Part shown: positions 1 through 10,670 of the stretch, piece by piece
How the letters are laid out: each line of letters starts with the position of its first letter
Numbering within the stretch: position 1 is the first letter of the stretch
NCBI GenBank assembly: GCA_014380135.1
Contig: JACMKN010000093.1
Coordinates: 1-58,564 of the forward strand
Source of the DNA: Deltaproteobacteria bacterium
GTDB lineage: Bacteria > Desulfobacterota > Desulfuromonadia > Geobacterales > Pseudopelobacteraceae
Direction of reading: 5' to 3'
DNA: 58,564 nt
The notes under the pieces: generated by a model
The model's database searches: none
Told to the model about the DNA's origin: nothing
Seen by the model: the letters and a program-made list of their open reading frames with translations, nothing else
Position numbers and translations under genes: made by a program

Positions 1-2
1 AC

Positions 3-140
3 CCGACCACGATTTCACGCGCCATGAAGCTCAACTACATCTCCAAGTCTCTGGAGCGCATCTCAGATCATGCCACCAACATCGCCGAGATGGTTATATT
101 CATGGTCAAGGGCAAGGATATCCGGCATACGATCGCGTAA
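3..140 (+). CDS. phoU: PhoU family phosphate-uptake regulator, C-terminal fragment (5' end lies outside the window)
   Basis: Frame 3 reads ...MKLNYISKSLERISDHATNIAEMVIFMVKGKDIRHTIA then TAA at 138-140. The ERIxDHATNIAE motif is the PhoU repeat signature. It is absent from the ORF track because no start lies in the window. Confidence 0.75.
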   Translation, partial: PTTISRAMKLNYISKSLERISDHATNIAEMVIFMVKGKDIRHTIA

Positions 141-183
141 AATGCAGAGCATGCCAGATAGTGGAGTGGCTTGAAAAATAAAA

Positions 184-217
184 AAGGGGCTTGCCGGTTA
201 TGGCAGGCCCCTTCTTT
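184..217. terminator. Bidirectional intrinsic terminator between phoU (+) and ftsZ (-)
   Basis: A 12-bp stem AAGGGGCTTGCC (184-195) / GGCAGGCCCCTT (202-213) with a 6-nt loop. It is flanked by an A-run upstream and a T-rich run downstream, so it is U-rich on both strands. Confidence 0.7.
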
Positions 218-240
218 ATTATATGTGGCTAAGTGTCGGT

Positions 241-1413
241 CTAATCGACCGATTTTCTCAGAAAGGTCGGGATGTCGTACTGATCCTCGTCATCCTCGAG
301 AAACGATACGGTCGGGCGAATGCGGGTCACGTTCTCGTTTCTGTCACGATCACGCTGGAAAGTCGGCCGGTCGAGTGATGTTGATGTTCCCATCACATGC
401 TTGTCAGCGACGGACAGGCTGCTCTTGCGGAAATCACGGCTCTTTTCGGAATCAAAACGATCACCGAAACCGGTTGCTATGACGGTTACCTTGATCGTAT
501 CTTCCATTTCATCGTCCCTGACGACACCGATCTTGATGTTGGCGTCTTCGTGGACCTTCTCATGGACAATGCGGTTGACCGTGTTGTAATCATCCATGGT
601 CATGGTGCCGGAACCGGTAATGTTGACCAGGACACCCTTGGCTCCGGAGATGTCATTGTCCTCCAGCAACGGGCTGGAGATGGCGTTGCTGACGGCCTCC
701 GCGGCGCGATTCTCGCCGCTGCCTATGCCTATGCCCATCATGGCCATGCCGCGGACACTCATGACGGTTTTTACGTCGGCGAAGTCCAGGTTCATCAGGC
801 CGGTGGATGTGATCAGTTCGGAAATACCCTGAACCGCCTGACGCAGGACATCGTCAGCCGGTTTAAAGGCGTCAAAAAGGGACATGTTTCTGCTGGCCAT
901 GCTGATCAGGCGGTCATTGGGGATGATGATCAGGGAATCCACATGTTTTTTCAATTCCGCAATACCCTGTTCAGCCAGGGCTGAACGGGCCTTGCCCTCA
1001 TAGGTGAATGGTTTGGTGACGACACCAACTGTAAGTACGCCGGTTTCGCGGGCCGCCTCGGCAATCACCGGAGCTGCGCCGGTACCGGTACCGCCGCCCA
1101 TGCCGGCGGCAATGAACACCAGGTCGGCACCCTTGATGGCTGCTACCAGCTGGTCCTTGTTCTCAAGGGCGGCTGCGGAACCGACTTCCGGCTTGGAGCC
1201 TGCTCCCAGCCCTTTGGTTAATTCGCGGCCCAGCTGAAGTTTGACCGTGGCTTTGGAGGTGCGCAGAGACTGAGCATCGGTATTTGCAACGATAAAATCA
1301 ACTTTATGTATAGAACTGGAGATCATGGTGTTGACGGCATTTCCGCCGCCTCCGCCTACTCCAATTACCTTGATAACTGCGCTCTGTTCAATGGTTTCAT
1401 CAAATTCAAACAT
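241..1413 (-). CDS. ftsZ: Cell division protein FtsZ
   Basis: Contains the tubulin signature GGGTGTGAAPVIA and the N-terminus MFEFDE...IKVIGVGGGGGNAVN. I chose the ATG at 1413 (AGGGGG RBS 7 nt upstream) rather than the ORF-track start at 1452. Confidence 0.97.
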   Translation of the reverse strand: MFEFDETIEQSAVIKVIGVGGGGGNAVNTMISSSIHKVDFIVANTDAQSLRTSKATVKLQLGRELTKGLGAGSKPEVGSAAALENKDQLVAAIKGADLVFIAAGMGGGTGTGAAPVIAEAARETGVLTVGVVTKPFTYEGKARSALAEQGIAELKKHVDSLIIIPNDRLISMASRNMSLFDAFKPADDVLRQAVQGISELITSTGLMNLDFADVKTVMSVRGMAMMGIGIGSGENRAAEAVSNAISSPLLEDNDISGAKGVLVNITGSGTMTMDDYNTVNRIVHEKVHEDANIKIGVVRDDEMEDTIKVTVIATGFGDRFDSEKSRDFRKSSLSVADKHVMGTSTSLDRPTFQRDRDRNENVTRIRPTVSFLEDDEDQYDIPTFLRKSVD

Positions 1414-1590
1414 GCTTTTTCCCCCTTTATGTAACGGCAGTGATTCGCTCAATTAGTCCAGAATGTAACCCCAATCCCATTAAGAATCAAAGGAAAAAAC
1501 ATTAAAATACGCATACCGGAAGGTGCTTCGGAAAATCAGAGTGTTAGCTGGCCGCACTTTATGGTGCTTTTTGATAAGCAATTGGGCTGC

Positions 1591-1637
1591 CAACAAAATA
1601 ACAGGCCGCTTAGCGGAGCTTTTCCGGTGACGGCCTG
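1591..1637 (-). terminator. Possible partial terminator or processing hairpin after ftsA
   Basis: On the minus strand, CAGGCCG (1631-1637) pairs with CGGCCTG (1602-1608) around an inner CGGA/TCCG helix, followed by TTATTTTGTT. The loop is long, so this is a weak call. Confidence 0.3.
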
Positions 1638-1661
1638 GACAATAGAACGCTTTGCAGCAGG

Positions 1662-2900
1662 TTAGAAAAACTCGCGGAACCAGCTTTTCATCCGCCCGAA
1701 CACCGAGCCAAACAGATTCGCTTCGGATTTGCTGGTGGGAAACTCGCGTGATCCGGAATTGCGGCTGCCATAAACAACCAGGCCGACGCCGGTGGCATAG
1801 ACCGGGGATTTAACTACGTCGGACAGTCCGCCCACATGCTGGGGAAGGCCGCGGCGTACCGGCAGGTTGAAGATCTGCTCGGCCAGTTCCGGCATCCCTT
1901 CCAGTATGCTGGAGCCCCCGGTGATGACGACGCCGGAGGCAATCGAATCTTCCAGGCCGGACTTGATTATCTCGCGGTTAACCAGGGCGAAGATCTCTTC
2001 GACACGCGGTCCGAGGATTTCGCACAACACGTTGCGGGAAAGTTCGCGCGGTTTGCGTCCGCCAACACTGGGTACCTCGATTTTGTCTTCCTTGCCGACC
2101 AGCGATGACAGGCAGCAGCCATACTTCTGCTTGATTCTTTCGGCTTCTGCCATCGGCGTACGAAGCCCGACGGCGATATCGTTGGTCAGGTGGTTGCCCC
2201 CCAGCGAGAGCACCGAAGTGTACTTGATGGCCCCTTCGGAGAAGATGGCAATGTCTGTTGTACCGCCGCCGATGTCGATCATGCAGACGCCCAGTTCCTT
2301 CTCGTCATCGGAGAGTACGGCGTGTGATGAGGCCAGCTGTTCCAGCACGATATCGGCCACATCCAGTCCGGCCCGATTGCAGGATTTGACGATGTTCTGG
2401 GCACTGGCCACGGCGCCGGTGACAATGTGCACCTTGGCTTCCAGTCGGACACCGCTCATGCCGAGCGGTTCGCGAATGCCGTCCTGCTCGTCGATGATGA
2501 ATTCCTGGGGCAGGATATGCAGCACTTCACGATCCATCGGGATATTGATCGCTTTGGCAGCGTCAATGACCCGCCGCACATCCTCCTGTGACACCTCGCG
2601 GTTTTTTATCGCGATGACACCGTTGGAGTTAAGTCCCTTGATATGGCCGCCGGCGATGCCGGCATAGACCGACTTGATCTCGCAACCGGCCATCAGTTCG
2701 GCTTCATCAATGGCCTTGCGAATGGCGCCAACCGTGCTCTCGATGTTGATGACGACCCCTTTGCGAAGGCCGCTGGAAGGGCTGGTGCCGATACCGACGA
2801 TGTCGATGCCGTCTTCGGTTACATTGCCGACAATTGCGCAAATCTTGGTTGTACCGATGTCGAGTCCGACGATCAGGTTGTCCCGTTTTGTTGCTGACAT
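1662..2900 (-). CDS. ftsA: Cell division protein FtsA (actin-like ATPase)
   Basis: Motifs VGLDIGTTKI and DIGGGTTDIA, AGGAGGG RBS, and position between ftsQ and ftsZ. Confidence 0.97.
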   Translation of the reverse strand: MSATKRDNLIVGLDIGTTKICAIVGNVTEDGIDIVGIGTSPSSGLRKGVVINIESTVGAIRKAIDEAELMAGCEIKSVYAGIAGGHIKGLNSNGVIAIKNREVSQEDVRRVIDAAKAINIPMDREVLHILPQEFIIDEQDGIREPLGMSGVRLEAKVHIVTGAVASAQNIVKSCNRAGLDVADIVLEQLASSHAVLSDDEKELGVCMIDIGGGTTDIAIFSEGAIKYTSVLSLGGNHLTNDIAVGLRTPMAEAERIKQKYGCCLSSLVGKEDKIEVPSVGGRKPRELSRNVLCEILGPRVEEIFALVNREIIKSGLEDSIASGVVITGGSSILEGMPELAEQIFNLPVRRGLPQHVGGLSDVVKSPVYATGVGLVVYGSRNSGSREFPTSKSEANLFGSVFGRMKSWFREFF

Positions 2901-2929
2901 ACTACCCTCCTGCTTTATATAAAAATTAA

Positions 2930-3754
2930 TCAGCTTTTCTTTACTATGATCTTGTCATTGTAATCCAGATCGATATACTGCAGCTTTTGGTCTTGCGCCA
3001 TGAGATCACTGTAAATTCGGGCAAAGCGCTCTATCTTGGCCGTGAAGTCACCTGCGCCTATTTTGACCGGAAGTGCTCCTGATGAGGTGAACATCGTGAA
3101 ACCGTAACCTTTGTCGTAATGAATCTCCGAAACATCAGCAAGGATAAAGACCCCTTTGTCTTTCAGTATTTTCAGCAGGTCACAGGTGGCCAAAAGGGCA
3201 TCTTTGGTCCCCTTCGGGTCACGTCCGAGCTCTTCCTCGCTGAAGCCGGTTACAACCGGATAATCAAGTTTGTCGCCCTGATTGAGTACCTTGAAAACAA
3301 TGCCCTTCTTGTCTAGATAATAGATGAAGCCCATGTTGACAATCGCCAGCGGTTCACGTTCTGTGACGGCTATCGAGATGCGGTCCGGGAAATAGCGGTT
3401 GATGCGCACCGACTCTACCCACGGGTTCTGGAGAATATGTTCTCCCATGTCTTTCAGGTTCAGTCGCAGCAGGTCCTTGCCGGTCTCGATGCCCGCCAGT
3501 TCAAGTATCTCGACACGGGTCAGGCGTTTGCTGCTGGACACTTCTATGTTTTTAAGGTTGAAAAATGTCACCGAGGCGATCGCCCGATATGCTCCATACA
3601 ATATTCCGCTGACCAGCGAGAGTGCTACCAGACCGGCTGAGATTCTGGCCAGCGGGCGCAGATACTTCTTCAGATTGAGCGGCTTGCGCTGGATCCTGAC
3701 CTTGTTGGGGGCCACCTTGCGGCGCTGGTATGATGATTTTGCGAAATCCTTCAT
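2930..3754 (-). CDS. ftsQ: Cell division protein FtsQ (POTRA domain)
   Basis: Basic N-terminus, one TM segment (LARISAGLVALSLVSGILYGAY), then a POTRA-like region, in the dcw position between ddl and ftsA. I chose the ATG at 3754 just after the ddl stop; the ORF-track start at 3817 is a TTG inside ddl. Confidence 0.85.
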   Translation of the reverse strand: MKDFAKSSYQRRKVAPNKVRIQRKPLNLKKYLRPLARISAGLVALSLVSGILYGAYRAIASVTFFNLKNIEVSSSKRLTRVEILELAGIETGKDLLRLNLKDMGEHILQNPWVESVRINRYFPDRISIAVTEREPLAIVNMGFIYYLDKKGIVFKVLNQGDKLDYPVVTGFSEEELGRDPKGTKDALLATCDLLKILKDKGVFILADVSEIHYDKGYGFTMFTSSGALPVKIGAGDFTAKIERFARIYSDLMAQDQKLQYIDLDYNDKIIVKKS

Positions 3755-3758
3755 TTTA

Positions 3759-4709
3759 TCAGCTTGCTTTGATCGAGAGTGATGCTGACGTGATAATGCG
3801 CACAACAAGCTCTTCAAATGACAGTCCGGCGCCTTTCGCGGCTATCTCCGGAAGCAGGCTCAGGGCGGTCATTCCGGGCAGGGTATTGACCTCCAGTACA
3901 TAACACTCTCCGGCGGGTGTCACCAGCAGATCCACCCGGCTGTAGCCTCTGCACCCCAGAGCACGGTGTGCAGTCAGTCCGATCTGCAGTACCTTTTCGT
4001 ATAGTTCAGGTCCCAGGCGGGCCGGGAAGATGTGTTCGGCCATGCCGGCGGTATATTTGGCTTCAAAGTCATAAAATTCGTTCTTGGGGACAATCTCGAT
4101 AGCGCCGACCGGGCAGTCATCAATTATACCAACCTGAACTTCCTGGCCCTTGATGTATTGTTCAATCAGGATTTCGTCGTCATGGCGAAAAGCCAGTTCC
4201 AGTGCCGCTGCCAGCCGGCTTTCCTCTCTGACGATGGAGATTCCGACCGACGAACCTTCCTGGACCGGCTTTACGACCAGCGGCAGGCCGAAGGGGACTT
4301 CAGGCAGACGAACGGGTTCACCTCGCCGGAAACAGCGAAAGGGGGCTGTCAGGATGCCATTGGCGGCAAAGACCTGTTTGCTGTACAGTTTATGCATGGC
4401 CAGTGCGCTGGCCAGTACTCCGGAACCGGTATAGGGGATTCGCAATAACTCCAGCAGTCCCTGGACACAACCGTCTTCGCCGTAACGGCCATGCAACGCG
4501 ATAAAGGCCGCTTCGATCGACTCCCGCTTCAGTACCTCAGCCAGATCACGTCCGACATCAATGGCAATCGCGTTGAAACCTTGCGCAAGCAACGCCCGCT
4601 GTACGGCAGCGCCGCTGTTGAGTGAAACGTCACGTTCCGCCGAGAGACCGCCCATCAGCACGGCAACTTTTTTGTTTCTGATATTCTTCACAAGCTCTTC
4701 ATTGCTCAT
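3759..4709 (-). CDS. ddl: D-alanine--D-alanine ligase
   Basis: N-terminus [21 protein letters not shown] and an ATP-grasp fold pattern, in dcw context. Confidence 0.95.
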   Translation of the reverse strand: MSNEELVKNIRNKKVAVLMGGLSAERDVSLNSGAAVQRALLAQGFNAIAIDVGRDLAEVLKRESIEAAFIALHGRYGEDGCVQGLLELLRIPYTGSGVLASALAMHKLYSKQVFAANGILTAPFRCFRRGEPVRLPEVPFGLPLVVKPVQEGSSVGISIVREESRLAAALELAFRHDDEILIEQYIKGQEVQVGIIDDCPVGAIEIVPKNEFYDFEAKYTAGMAEHIFPARLGPELYEKVLQIGLTAHRALGCRGYSRVDLLVTPAGECYVLEVNTLPGMTALSLLPEIAAKGAGLSFEELVVRIITSASLSIKAS

Positions 4710-4727
4710 GGTAACCCCAAACCGTTT

Positions 4728-5597
4728 CTAATTCGCGCCCACTATACGCACTTCCTCTTCCAGTGTCACGCCGGATGTGCTGAAAACCGCATTTTTTATA
4801 ATTGCAGACAATTCCAGAAAATCCTTCGCTGTCGCCCCGCCGGCATTGACAAGAAAGTTGCTGTGCACCTCGGAGACCAGCGCGCCTCCTACTCGGGCAC
4901 CTCGCATTCCGGCAGCATCGATTAATCTCCAGGCCGCCTGGCCGGCCGGATTTTTGAAGAAAGATCCGGCGCTGGGAAAGCCGACATTGTGCTTCGAACG
5001 GCGCAGTGCCAGGTCCTTGCGGACCTCCTCTTCGGTAAGCTGCGCTTCGCGCTGTTCCATCCTGAAAAGAGCCGCCAGCACTATGTCGCCTGCTTGCAGA
5101 TGCAGCTGACGATAACCGTAATCCAGTTCGCCCATGCAGAAATCCCGTATTTTTCCTTCACGGAGCAGTGTCAGGCACTCGGTGCGTTCAAGAATTCCCT
5201 CGCCGTAAGCTCCGGCGTTCATCCTGATTGCTCCGCCAACAGTGCCGGGAATGCCGGAAATGTAACTGATCCCGCCCAGTCCGAGTTCCTGGGCGAAACG
5301 CACTACTGCCAGGTTCTCCGCTCCCGCTTCGGCTCTTATGTGAGTATCATCCGCCAGCGTGATGCCGCTGAGGCGTTCCAGTGATATGACCGCTCCCCGG
5401 ATTCCTTTGTCCCGCACCAGCAGATTGTATCCCTGCCCGATGGTCAGCCAGGGAATATTCTCGGTCGCGAATTGCCGGAGCAGCAGCTGCAGGTCGGCGC
5501 TATCTTCCGGCACGGCATACAGATCGGCCGGACCACCCACCTTGAGCGAAGTATGGAGATACATCGGCTCGTTTTTCAGCAGGATACCGCGTATCAC
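4728..5597 (-). CDS. murB: UDP-N-acetylenolpyruvoylglucosamine reductase
   Basis: The [16 protein letters not shown]-binding N-terminus is typical of MurB. The GTG start overlaps the murC stop (GTGA). Confidence 0.93.
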   Translation of the reverse strand: MIRGILLKNEPMYLHTSLKVGGPADLYAVPEDSADLQLLLRQFATENIPWLTIGQGYNLLVRDKGIRGAVISLERLSGITLADDTHIRAEAGAENLAVVRFAQELGLGGISYISGIPGTVGGAIRMNAGAYGEGILERTECLTLLREGKIRDFCMGELDYGYRQLHLQAGDIVLAALFRMEQREAQLTEEEVRKDLALRRSKHNVGFPSAGSFFKNPAGQAAWRLIDAAGMRGARVGGALVSEVHSNFLVNAGGATAKDFLELSAIIKNAVFSTSGVTLEEEVRIVGAN

Positions 5598-6976
5598 TCG
5601 GCCGCCTTCAAAATATTTACCAGCGCTTCACCCTGCTGCCATATGTTGCCGGCTCCCAGAGTGATGACAATATCCCCTTCTTTCACAATCCCGGCCAGGT
5701 GTTCCGGAATCAGCTCCCGATTGGCGATGTAGGTCACATCCTTCTGGCCGTGACGACCGACCTCGTGGGAAAGCCTCTCTGACGTAGCCCCCTCAATCGG
5801 CTGCTCGCCGGCGGCATAGACATCGGTCAGGACCAGCACATCGGCATCGTAGAAGGCGGTCACAAATTCGTCGAACAGTTCGTGGGTGCGCGTGTAGCGG
5901 TGTGGCTGGAAGGCCGCCACGATGCGCCGCTCCGGCCAGCCTTGCCTGGCTGCGGCCAGCGTGGCCCTGATCTCAACCGGATGGTGACCGTAATCATCAA
6001 CTACCATGATTCCCTTCGGTTCACCCTTGACGGTGAAGCGCCGTCCGACTCCGCTGAATCCGGCAAAGCCTTCCTGGATGGCGCTGAACGGGACATCCAG
6101 TTCCAGTGCAACGCCGATGCAGGCCATGGCGTTCAGCACGTTGTGCGGGCCGGGCATCGGGAAGGATATCTCCCCCAGGCGGTAGCCCTTGTAGTGGGCT
6201 ACGAACGAGGTCTGAAAGCCGTCGTGCCTGACATGTGTCGCCCGGATATCGGCCTGCGACGACAGGCCGTAGGTCATGTAGCGTTTCTTGACGCGCGGCA
6301 GGATCTCGCGGATGTTCCTGTCATCAAGGCAGAGAATCGCCAGACCATAGAAGGGTACCTTGTTGATAAATTCGACAAAAGTGTCCTTGATCTCTTCGAT
6401 GCCGCCTAAATAGTGGTCCAGATGGTCGGCATCGATATTGGTCACGACGGCAATTGTCGGCGACAGGACCAGGAAGGAGCCGTCCGACTCGTCCGCCTCG
6501 GCCAGCAGGAATTCGCCCTGCCCCAATTGGGCATTGGTACCGATCGCATTCAGTTTGCCGCCGATGACGATGGTCGGATCGATACCGGCGTGCCCCAGAA
6601 TTGCGGCGGCCATCGAGGTGGTGGTGGTCTTGCCGTGGGTACCGGCGATGGCGATTCCGTACTTCATGCGCATCAGTTCGGCCAGCATCTCGGCCCGCGG
6701 GATGACCGGCACGTGCAGTCGCTTGGCCTCGACCACTTCGGGATTATCGTCATGTACCGCAGAAGAGATTACAACCACGTCAACATTCTTCAGATTGTCG
6801 GCATTGTGTCCGATGTGGATTTCGGCGCCCAGTCCGGCCAAGCGCTCGGTGGTTTCGGAACTCCGCAGGTCGGAACCGGAAACCTTGTAACCCAGGTTGA
6901 GCAGGACTTCGGCAATGCCGCTCATCCCGATGCCGCCGATGCCGACAAAGTGGATTTTATCGATTTTTCCGTACAT
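5594..6976 (-). CDS. murC: UDP-N-acetylmuramate--L-alanine ligase
   Basis: [28 protein letters not shown] plus the [10 protein letters not shown]-loop. Confidence 0.96.
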   Translation of the reverse strand: MYGKIDKIHFVGIGGIGMSGIAEVLLNLGYKVSGSDLRSSETTERLAGLGAEIHIGHNADNLKNVDVVVISSAVHDDNPEVVEAKRLHVPVIPRAEMLAELMRMKYGIAIAGTHGKTTTTSMAAAILGHAGIDPTIVIGGKLNAIGTNAQLGQGEFLLAEADESDGSFLVLSPTIAVVTNIDADHLDHYLGGIEEIKDTFVEFINKVPFYGLAILCLDDRNIREILPRVKKRYMTYGLSSQADIRATHVRHDGFQTSFVAHYKGYRLGEISFPMPGPHNVLNAMACIGVALELDVPFSAIQEGFAGFSGVGRRFTVKGEPKGIMVVDDYGHHPVEIRATLAAARQGWPERRIVAAFQPHRYTRTHELFDEFVTAFYDADVLVLTDVYAAGEQPIEGATSERLSHEVGRHGQKDVTYIANRELIPEHLAGIVKEGDIVITLGAGNIWQQGEALVNILKAAE

Positions 6977-6978
6977 TT

Positions 6979-8133
6979 TTAGTCCTTTGTTTTCTCTGTG
7001 TCTCTGCTCTGCGGTGGCTTTTGTCGTTTAAGCATCTCATTCACGATTATCTGCGCAGCATCCAGTCGAGCCAGACTGAATGCCAGTTCAGCGGTGCGTT
7101 TAACTGTTTCGGTGTCTTCAGCCAGATCTTTGATGGTCTTCGCCAACCGCCCACCCGACAATTCGCGCTCCAGTAGCATGAAACAGGCCTCCTCTTTGAG
7201 CAGGGCCTCGGCGTTCCTGCGCTGGTGGTCGTCCACGGCGTGGGGAAACGGTATGAACAGACAGGCTTTGCCGCAGGCGGTTACCTCGGCAATCGTGGTG
7301 GCGCCCGCCCGGCAGATGATCAGATCGGCCCCGGCATACTCCGCAGCCATGTCGCTGATAAACGGCACCACCTGTGCTTTTATGCCGGCTGCGCGGTATG
7401 CACATGCAACCTCTTCACAATCTTTTTCCCCGGTCTGGTGCGTGATTTCAAGCTTGGCCCGGCTGTCTTTTAGTAAGGGTAATGCCTCAAGCATGGCCAT
7501 GTTGATGGCGTGTGCGCCCTGGCTGCCGCCAAAGACAAACAGGTGGAATTTCCCCTGCTGACTTTGTTCGCTTACACCATCTAACAAGGGGGGGGGCGAG
7601 AGGGGATTTTGTTTGTCGACCATGTCCAGTATCTGCCGACGCAGGGGATTGCCGGTCAGCAGTGTCTTGTCTTGCGGGAAATATCTGGCAGATTCCTGAA
7701 GTGTGATGAAAATCTGGTCGGCGAACCTGGCCAGCAGTCGGTTGGTCTGGCCGGGTATCGCGTTTTGTTCATGGATAAAGCGCGGGACGCGCATTCCGCC
7801 CGCCGCCAGCACCATCGGCAGTGAGGCGTAGCCGCCGACACCCAGCACCAGGTCGGGTTGGAAGGTTTTCAGGATCTTGCGTGACTGGGCATAGCCGTAA
7901 AACATCTTGGCCACCCCGGTTATCTGGCTGAATCCTCTCTTGCCGCGGATGCCGGCGGCCGAGATCAGCTCCAGCTTGTAGCCGGCCGCCGGCACGGCCC
8001 TGGCCTCGATACCCCGTTCGGTGCCGACAAAGAGCACCTCGTTGGCCGGGTCACGCGCCAGAAATTCCTCTGCTACCGCTATGCCGGGGAACAGGTGACC
8101 GCCGGTACCGCCACCTGCGATGATGAGTCTCAT
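6979..8133 (-). CDS. murG: Undecaprenyldiphospho-muramoylpentapeptide beta-N-acetylglucosaminyltransferase
   Basis: [24 protein letters not shown]-terminus. ATGA overlap with the ftsW stop. Contains a C9 run on the coding strand (see findings). Confidence 0.95.
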   Translation of the reverse strand: MRLIIAGGGTGGHLFPGIAVAEEFLARDPANEVLFVGTERGIEARAVPAAGYKLELISAAGIRGKRGFSQITGVAKMFYGYAQSRKILKTFQPDLVLGVGGYASLPMVLAAGGMRVPRFIHEQNAIPGQTNRLLARFADQIFITLQESARYFPQDKTLLTGNPLRRQILDMVDKQNPLSPPPLLDGVSEQSQQGKFHLFVFGGSQGAHAINMAMLEALPLLKDSRAKLEITHQTGEKDCEEVACAYRAAGIKAQVVPFISDMAAEYAGADLIICRAGATTIAEVTACGKACLFIPFPHAVDDHQRRNAEALLKEEACFMLLERELSGGRLAKTIKDLAEDTETVKRTAELAFSLARLDAAQIIVNEMLKRQKPPQSRDTEKTKD

Positions 8134-9260
8134 TTTTCCTCCTTGAGGCTGATGGAGGATATCTTCAGTCCCGATGAAATATTTAACAGTATGCCGACTG
8201 CGAACAAGCTTATGATCAGCGAACTGCCGCCGTAACTGATGAATGGCAGCGCCAACCCCTTGGTGGGGAGCAGGCCGGTGACGACTCCCATATTGACGGT
8301 CGCCTCTATGCCGAACAATACGGCGATTCCCAGCGCCAGAAAACGTCCGAAGATATCGGGTGCAGCCACGGCAATGCGCATGGCCCGCTGCACCAGCATA
8401 AAGAACATGCCGATGATCACGATCACACCCAGAAACCCCAGTTCTTCACCGACCACCGAGAGGATGAAGTCGGTGTGGGCTTCGGGCAGATAAAAGAGTT
8501 TCTGTTTGCCTTCCCCCAACCCCCGCCCGAAGACGCCCCCCGTACCGAATGCCAGCCAGGACTGGATGATCTGGAATCCGCTGTTCTGCGGATCCTGCCA
8601 GGGATCCAGAAATGCCAGAATGCGGCGCTTGCGGTAAGCTACGTTCATCACCAGGAAATACAGAAATGGCAGGGACATCAGGAAGATCGAGACGATATAC
8701 ACCAGGCGGGTGCCGGCTGCAAACAGCATGATCATTGCTACCGCCGCCAAGGTCAGGGCCGAGCCCATGTCCGGCTGGCTAAGCAAAAAACCCAACAATA
8801 CCAGCAGAATCAGCATGTACGATACGAAGCCTGCCCCGAGCTGCTTGATCTTGTCCTGCTTTCTGTCAAGGGAATAAGCCATGTACATGATCAGAGCTAT
8901 TTTGGCCACTTCCGATGGTTGCAGATTAAAACCGCCAGGCAATCTGATCCAGCGCGAGGCGCCGCCGGCGCTGCCGCCTATGCCGGGGATCAGCACCAGG
9001 ATCAGCAGCACCAGACATCCCAGCAGGATCGGGACAGCCGCCTTGCGCCAATACTGATAGTTGATGCGCATGGTGCCCAGCATTATCGCAAAACCGACCA
9101 GTGCAAAGAAACTCTGCCGTTTCAGAAAGAAAAAACCGTCGTGAAAGCGCTTGGCGGCCATGACCGATGATGCCGAATAGACCATCACCACTCCGAAACA
9201 GGTCAGGGCGATCGCCATCAGCATTATTACCAGGTCATATTCTTCCAGTTTTTTGAACAT
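8130..9260 (-). CDS. ftsW: SEDS-family peptidoglycan glycosyltransferase FtsW
   Basis: Polytopic membrane protein of the FtsW/RodA/SpoVE type, at the conserved murD-ftsW-murG position. Confidence 0.9.
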   Translation of the reverse strand: MFKKLEEYDLVIMLMAIALTCFGVVMVYSASSVMAAKRFHDGFFFLKRQSFFALVGFAIMLGTMRINYQYWRKAAVPILLGCLVLLILVLIPGIGGSAGGASRWIRLPGGFNLQPSEVAKIALIMYMAYSLDRKQDKIKQLGAGFVSYMLILLVLLGFLLSQPDMGSALTLAAVAMIMLFAAGTRLVYIVSIFLMSLPFLYFLVMNVAYRKRRILAFLDPWQDPQNSGFQIIQSWLAFGTGGVFGRGLGEGKQKLFYLPEAHTDFILSVVGEELGFLGVIVIIGMFFMLVQRAMRIAVAAPDIFGRFLALGIAVLFGIEATVNMGVVTGLLPTKGLALPFISYGGSSLIISLFAVGILLNISSGLKISSISLKEEK

Positions 9261-9320
9261 AAGCCGTTTGTTCCTTGAATTTGTCTGACAGGTCGAACAA
9301 GTCAGACCGGTCAGACACTC

Positions 9321-10661
9321 TTACAGTGCCTTTACCGCCGTAATAAAGCGCTGTGCCCGTTCTTCATAATCACGGAACATGTCAAAGCTGGAACAGGCCG
9401 GTGACATCAGCACGGTGCCGCCCGCTGCCGTTATCTCTGCCGCCAGTCGCACAGCCTCTTCGAGGCTGGCCGCCTGGCGCGTATCGGTCAACTCTCCCAG
9501 TTCAGCCTGCATCCGGCCGGCCGCCTCGCCGATCAGGATCAGATGCCTGACCCGCTGGCTGATCATCGGTAGCAAAGGGGCGTAGGAGCCGCCCTTGTCC
9601 TTGCCACCGGCAATCAGCGTGATTTCCTCAAAGCTCTCCAGTGCCTTCTGGACGCTGCCCACATTGGTGGCCTTGCTGTCCTCGTAGTAGCGTACTCCCC
9701 GCACCTCACGCACGAACTCCATGCGATGGTGCAGCGCCTCGAAGCAGAGCACGGTCTCGAAGGTTTCGTCCGGGCGGCAGCCCAGCAGCAGGGCGCAGGC
9801 CATGGCCGCCAGGATGTTCTCCAGATTATGCACCCCCTGCAGTCGGATCGCGGCGGTCGGGAAACACTCTTCGCGCCCGTGGTGGCGGTAGGTGATGACC
9901 CCCTCCTGGTGGAAGATGCCTTCCTCCAGTTCCATTGTTCGGCTGAAGGGGAAAACCTGGGCCTTTAGTCGGCCGGCCTGTGCCCAGACCAGCTCGTCAT
10001 CACGGTTCAGTACGGCGAAGTCGTCGCCGGTCTGGTTTTCAAAAATACGCAGCTTGGCGTTGATGTAATCCTGGTAGCTCGGGTAGCGATCCAGGTGATC
10101 TTCGCTCAGGTTGAGCAGCGCCGCCACGGTCGGGCGGAAGGAGCTGATCCACTCCAGCTGGAACGAGCTGATTTCGGCCACCACTTGGTCCACGATCTGA
10201 TGGGCCTCCGCCATTTCGATCAGCGGGTTGCCGATATTGCCCCCCACAAAGGTATGGTAGCCGTTGTGCTTGAAAATCGCTCCCAGCAGCGTGGTGGTGG
10301 TGGTCTTGCCGTTGGTCCCGGTAATGGCGGCCAGCGGCACATCGATGAAACGCGCTGCCAGTTCAATCTCGCTGATGATTTCCAGCCCGGCCCGTTGTGC
10401 CGTCAGCAGCTGCGGCAGATCCATAGGTACGCCGGGCGAGACCACGATCAGGTCGCTGGCCAGGAAGGTCGCTTCGTCGTGGCGCTCCAGTTCCCGCCTG
10501 ATCTCAAAACCGGCCAGTTCAGCCAGTTGACCGGTCAGCTGTGCTTCGTTGCGCATGTCGGTAACCGTAACCTGCGCGTCTTTCGAGGCCAGAAAACGGG
10601 CACAGGCCAGGCCGGTCTTGGCGAGGCCGACCACCAGTGTTTTTTTGTTTTTCAGTTCCAT
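9321..10661 (-). CDS. murD: UDP-N-acetylmuramoylalanine--D-glutamate ligase
   Basis: [15 protein letters not shown] Rossmann N-terminus and the [11 protein letters not shown]-loop. Confidence 0.95.
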   Translation of the reverse strand: MELKNKKTLVVGLAKTGLACARFLASKDAQVTVTDMRNEAQLTGQLAELAGFEIRRELERHDEATFLASDLIVVSPGVPMDLPQLLTAQRAGLEIISEIELAARFIDVPLAAITGTNGKTTTTTLLGAIFKHNGYHTFVGGNIGNPLIEMAEAHQIVDQVVAEISSFQLEWISSFRPTVAALLNLSEDHLDRYPSYQDYINAKLRIFENQTGDDFAVLNRDDELVWAQAGRLKAQVFPFSRTMELEEGIFHQEGVITYRHHGREECFPTAAIRLQGVHNLENILAAMACALLLGCRPDETFETVLCFEALHHRMEFVREVRGVRYYEDSKATNVGSVQKALESFEEITLIAGGKDKGGSYAPLLPMISQRVRHLILIGEAAGRMQAELGELTDTRQAASLEEAVRLAAEITAAGGTVLMSPACSSFDMFRDYEERAQRFITAVKAL

Positions 10662-10670
10662 GGATAAGCC

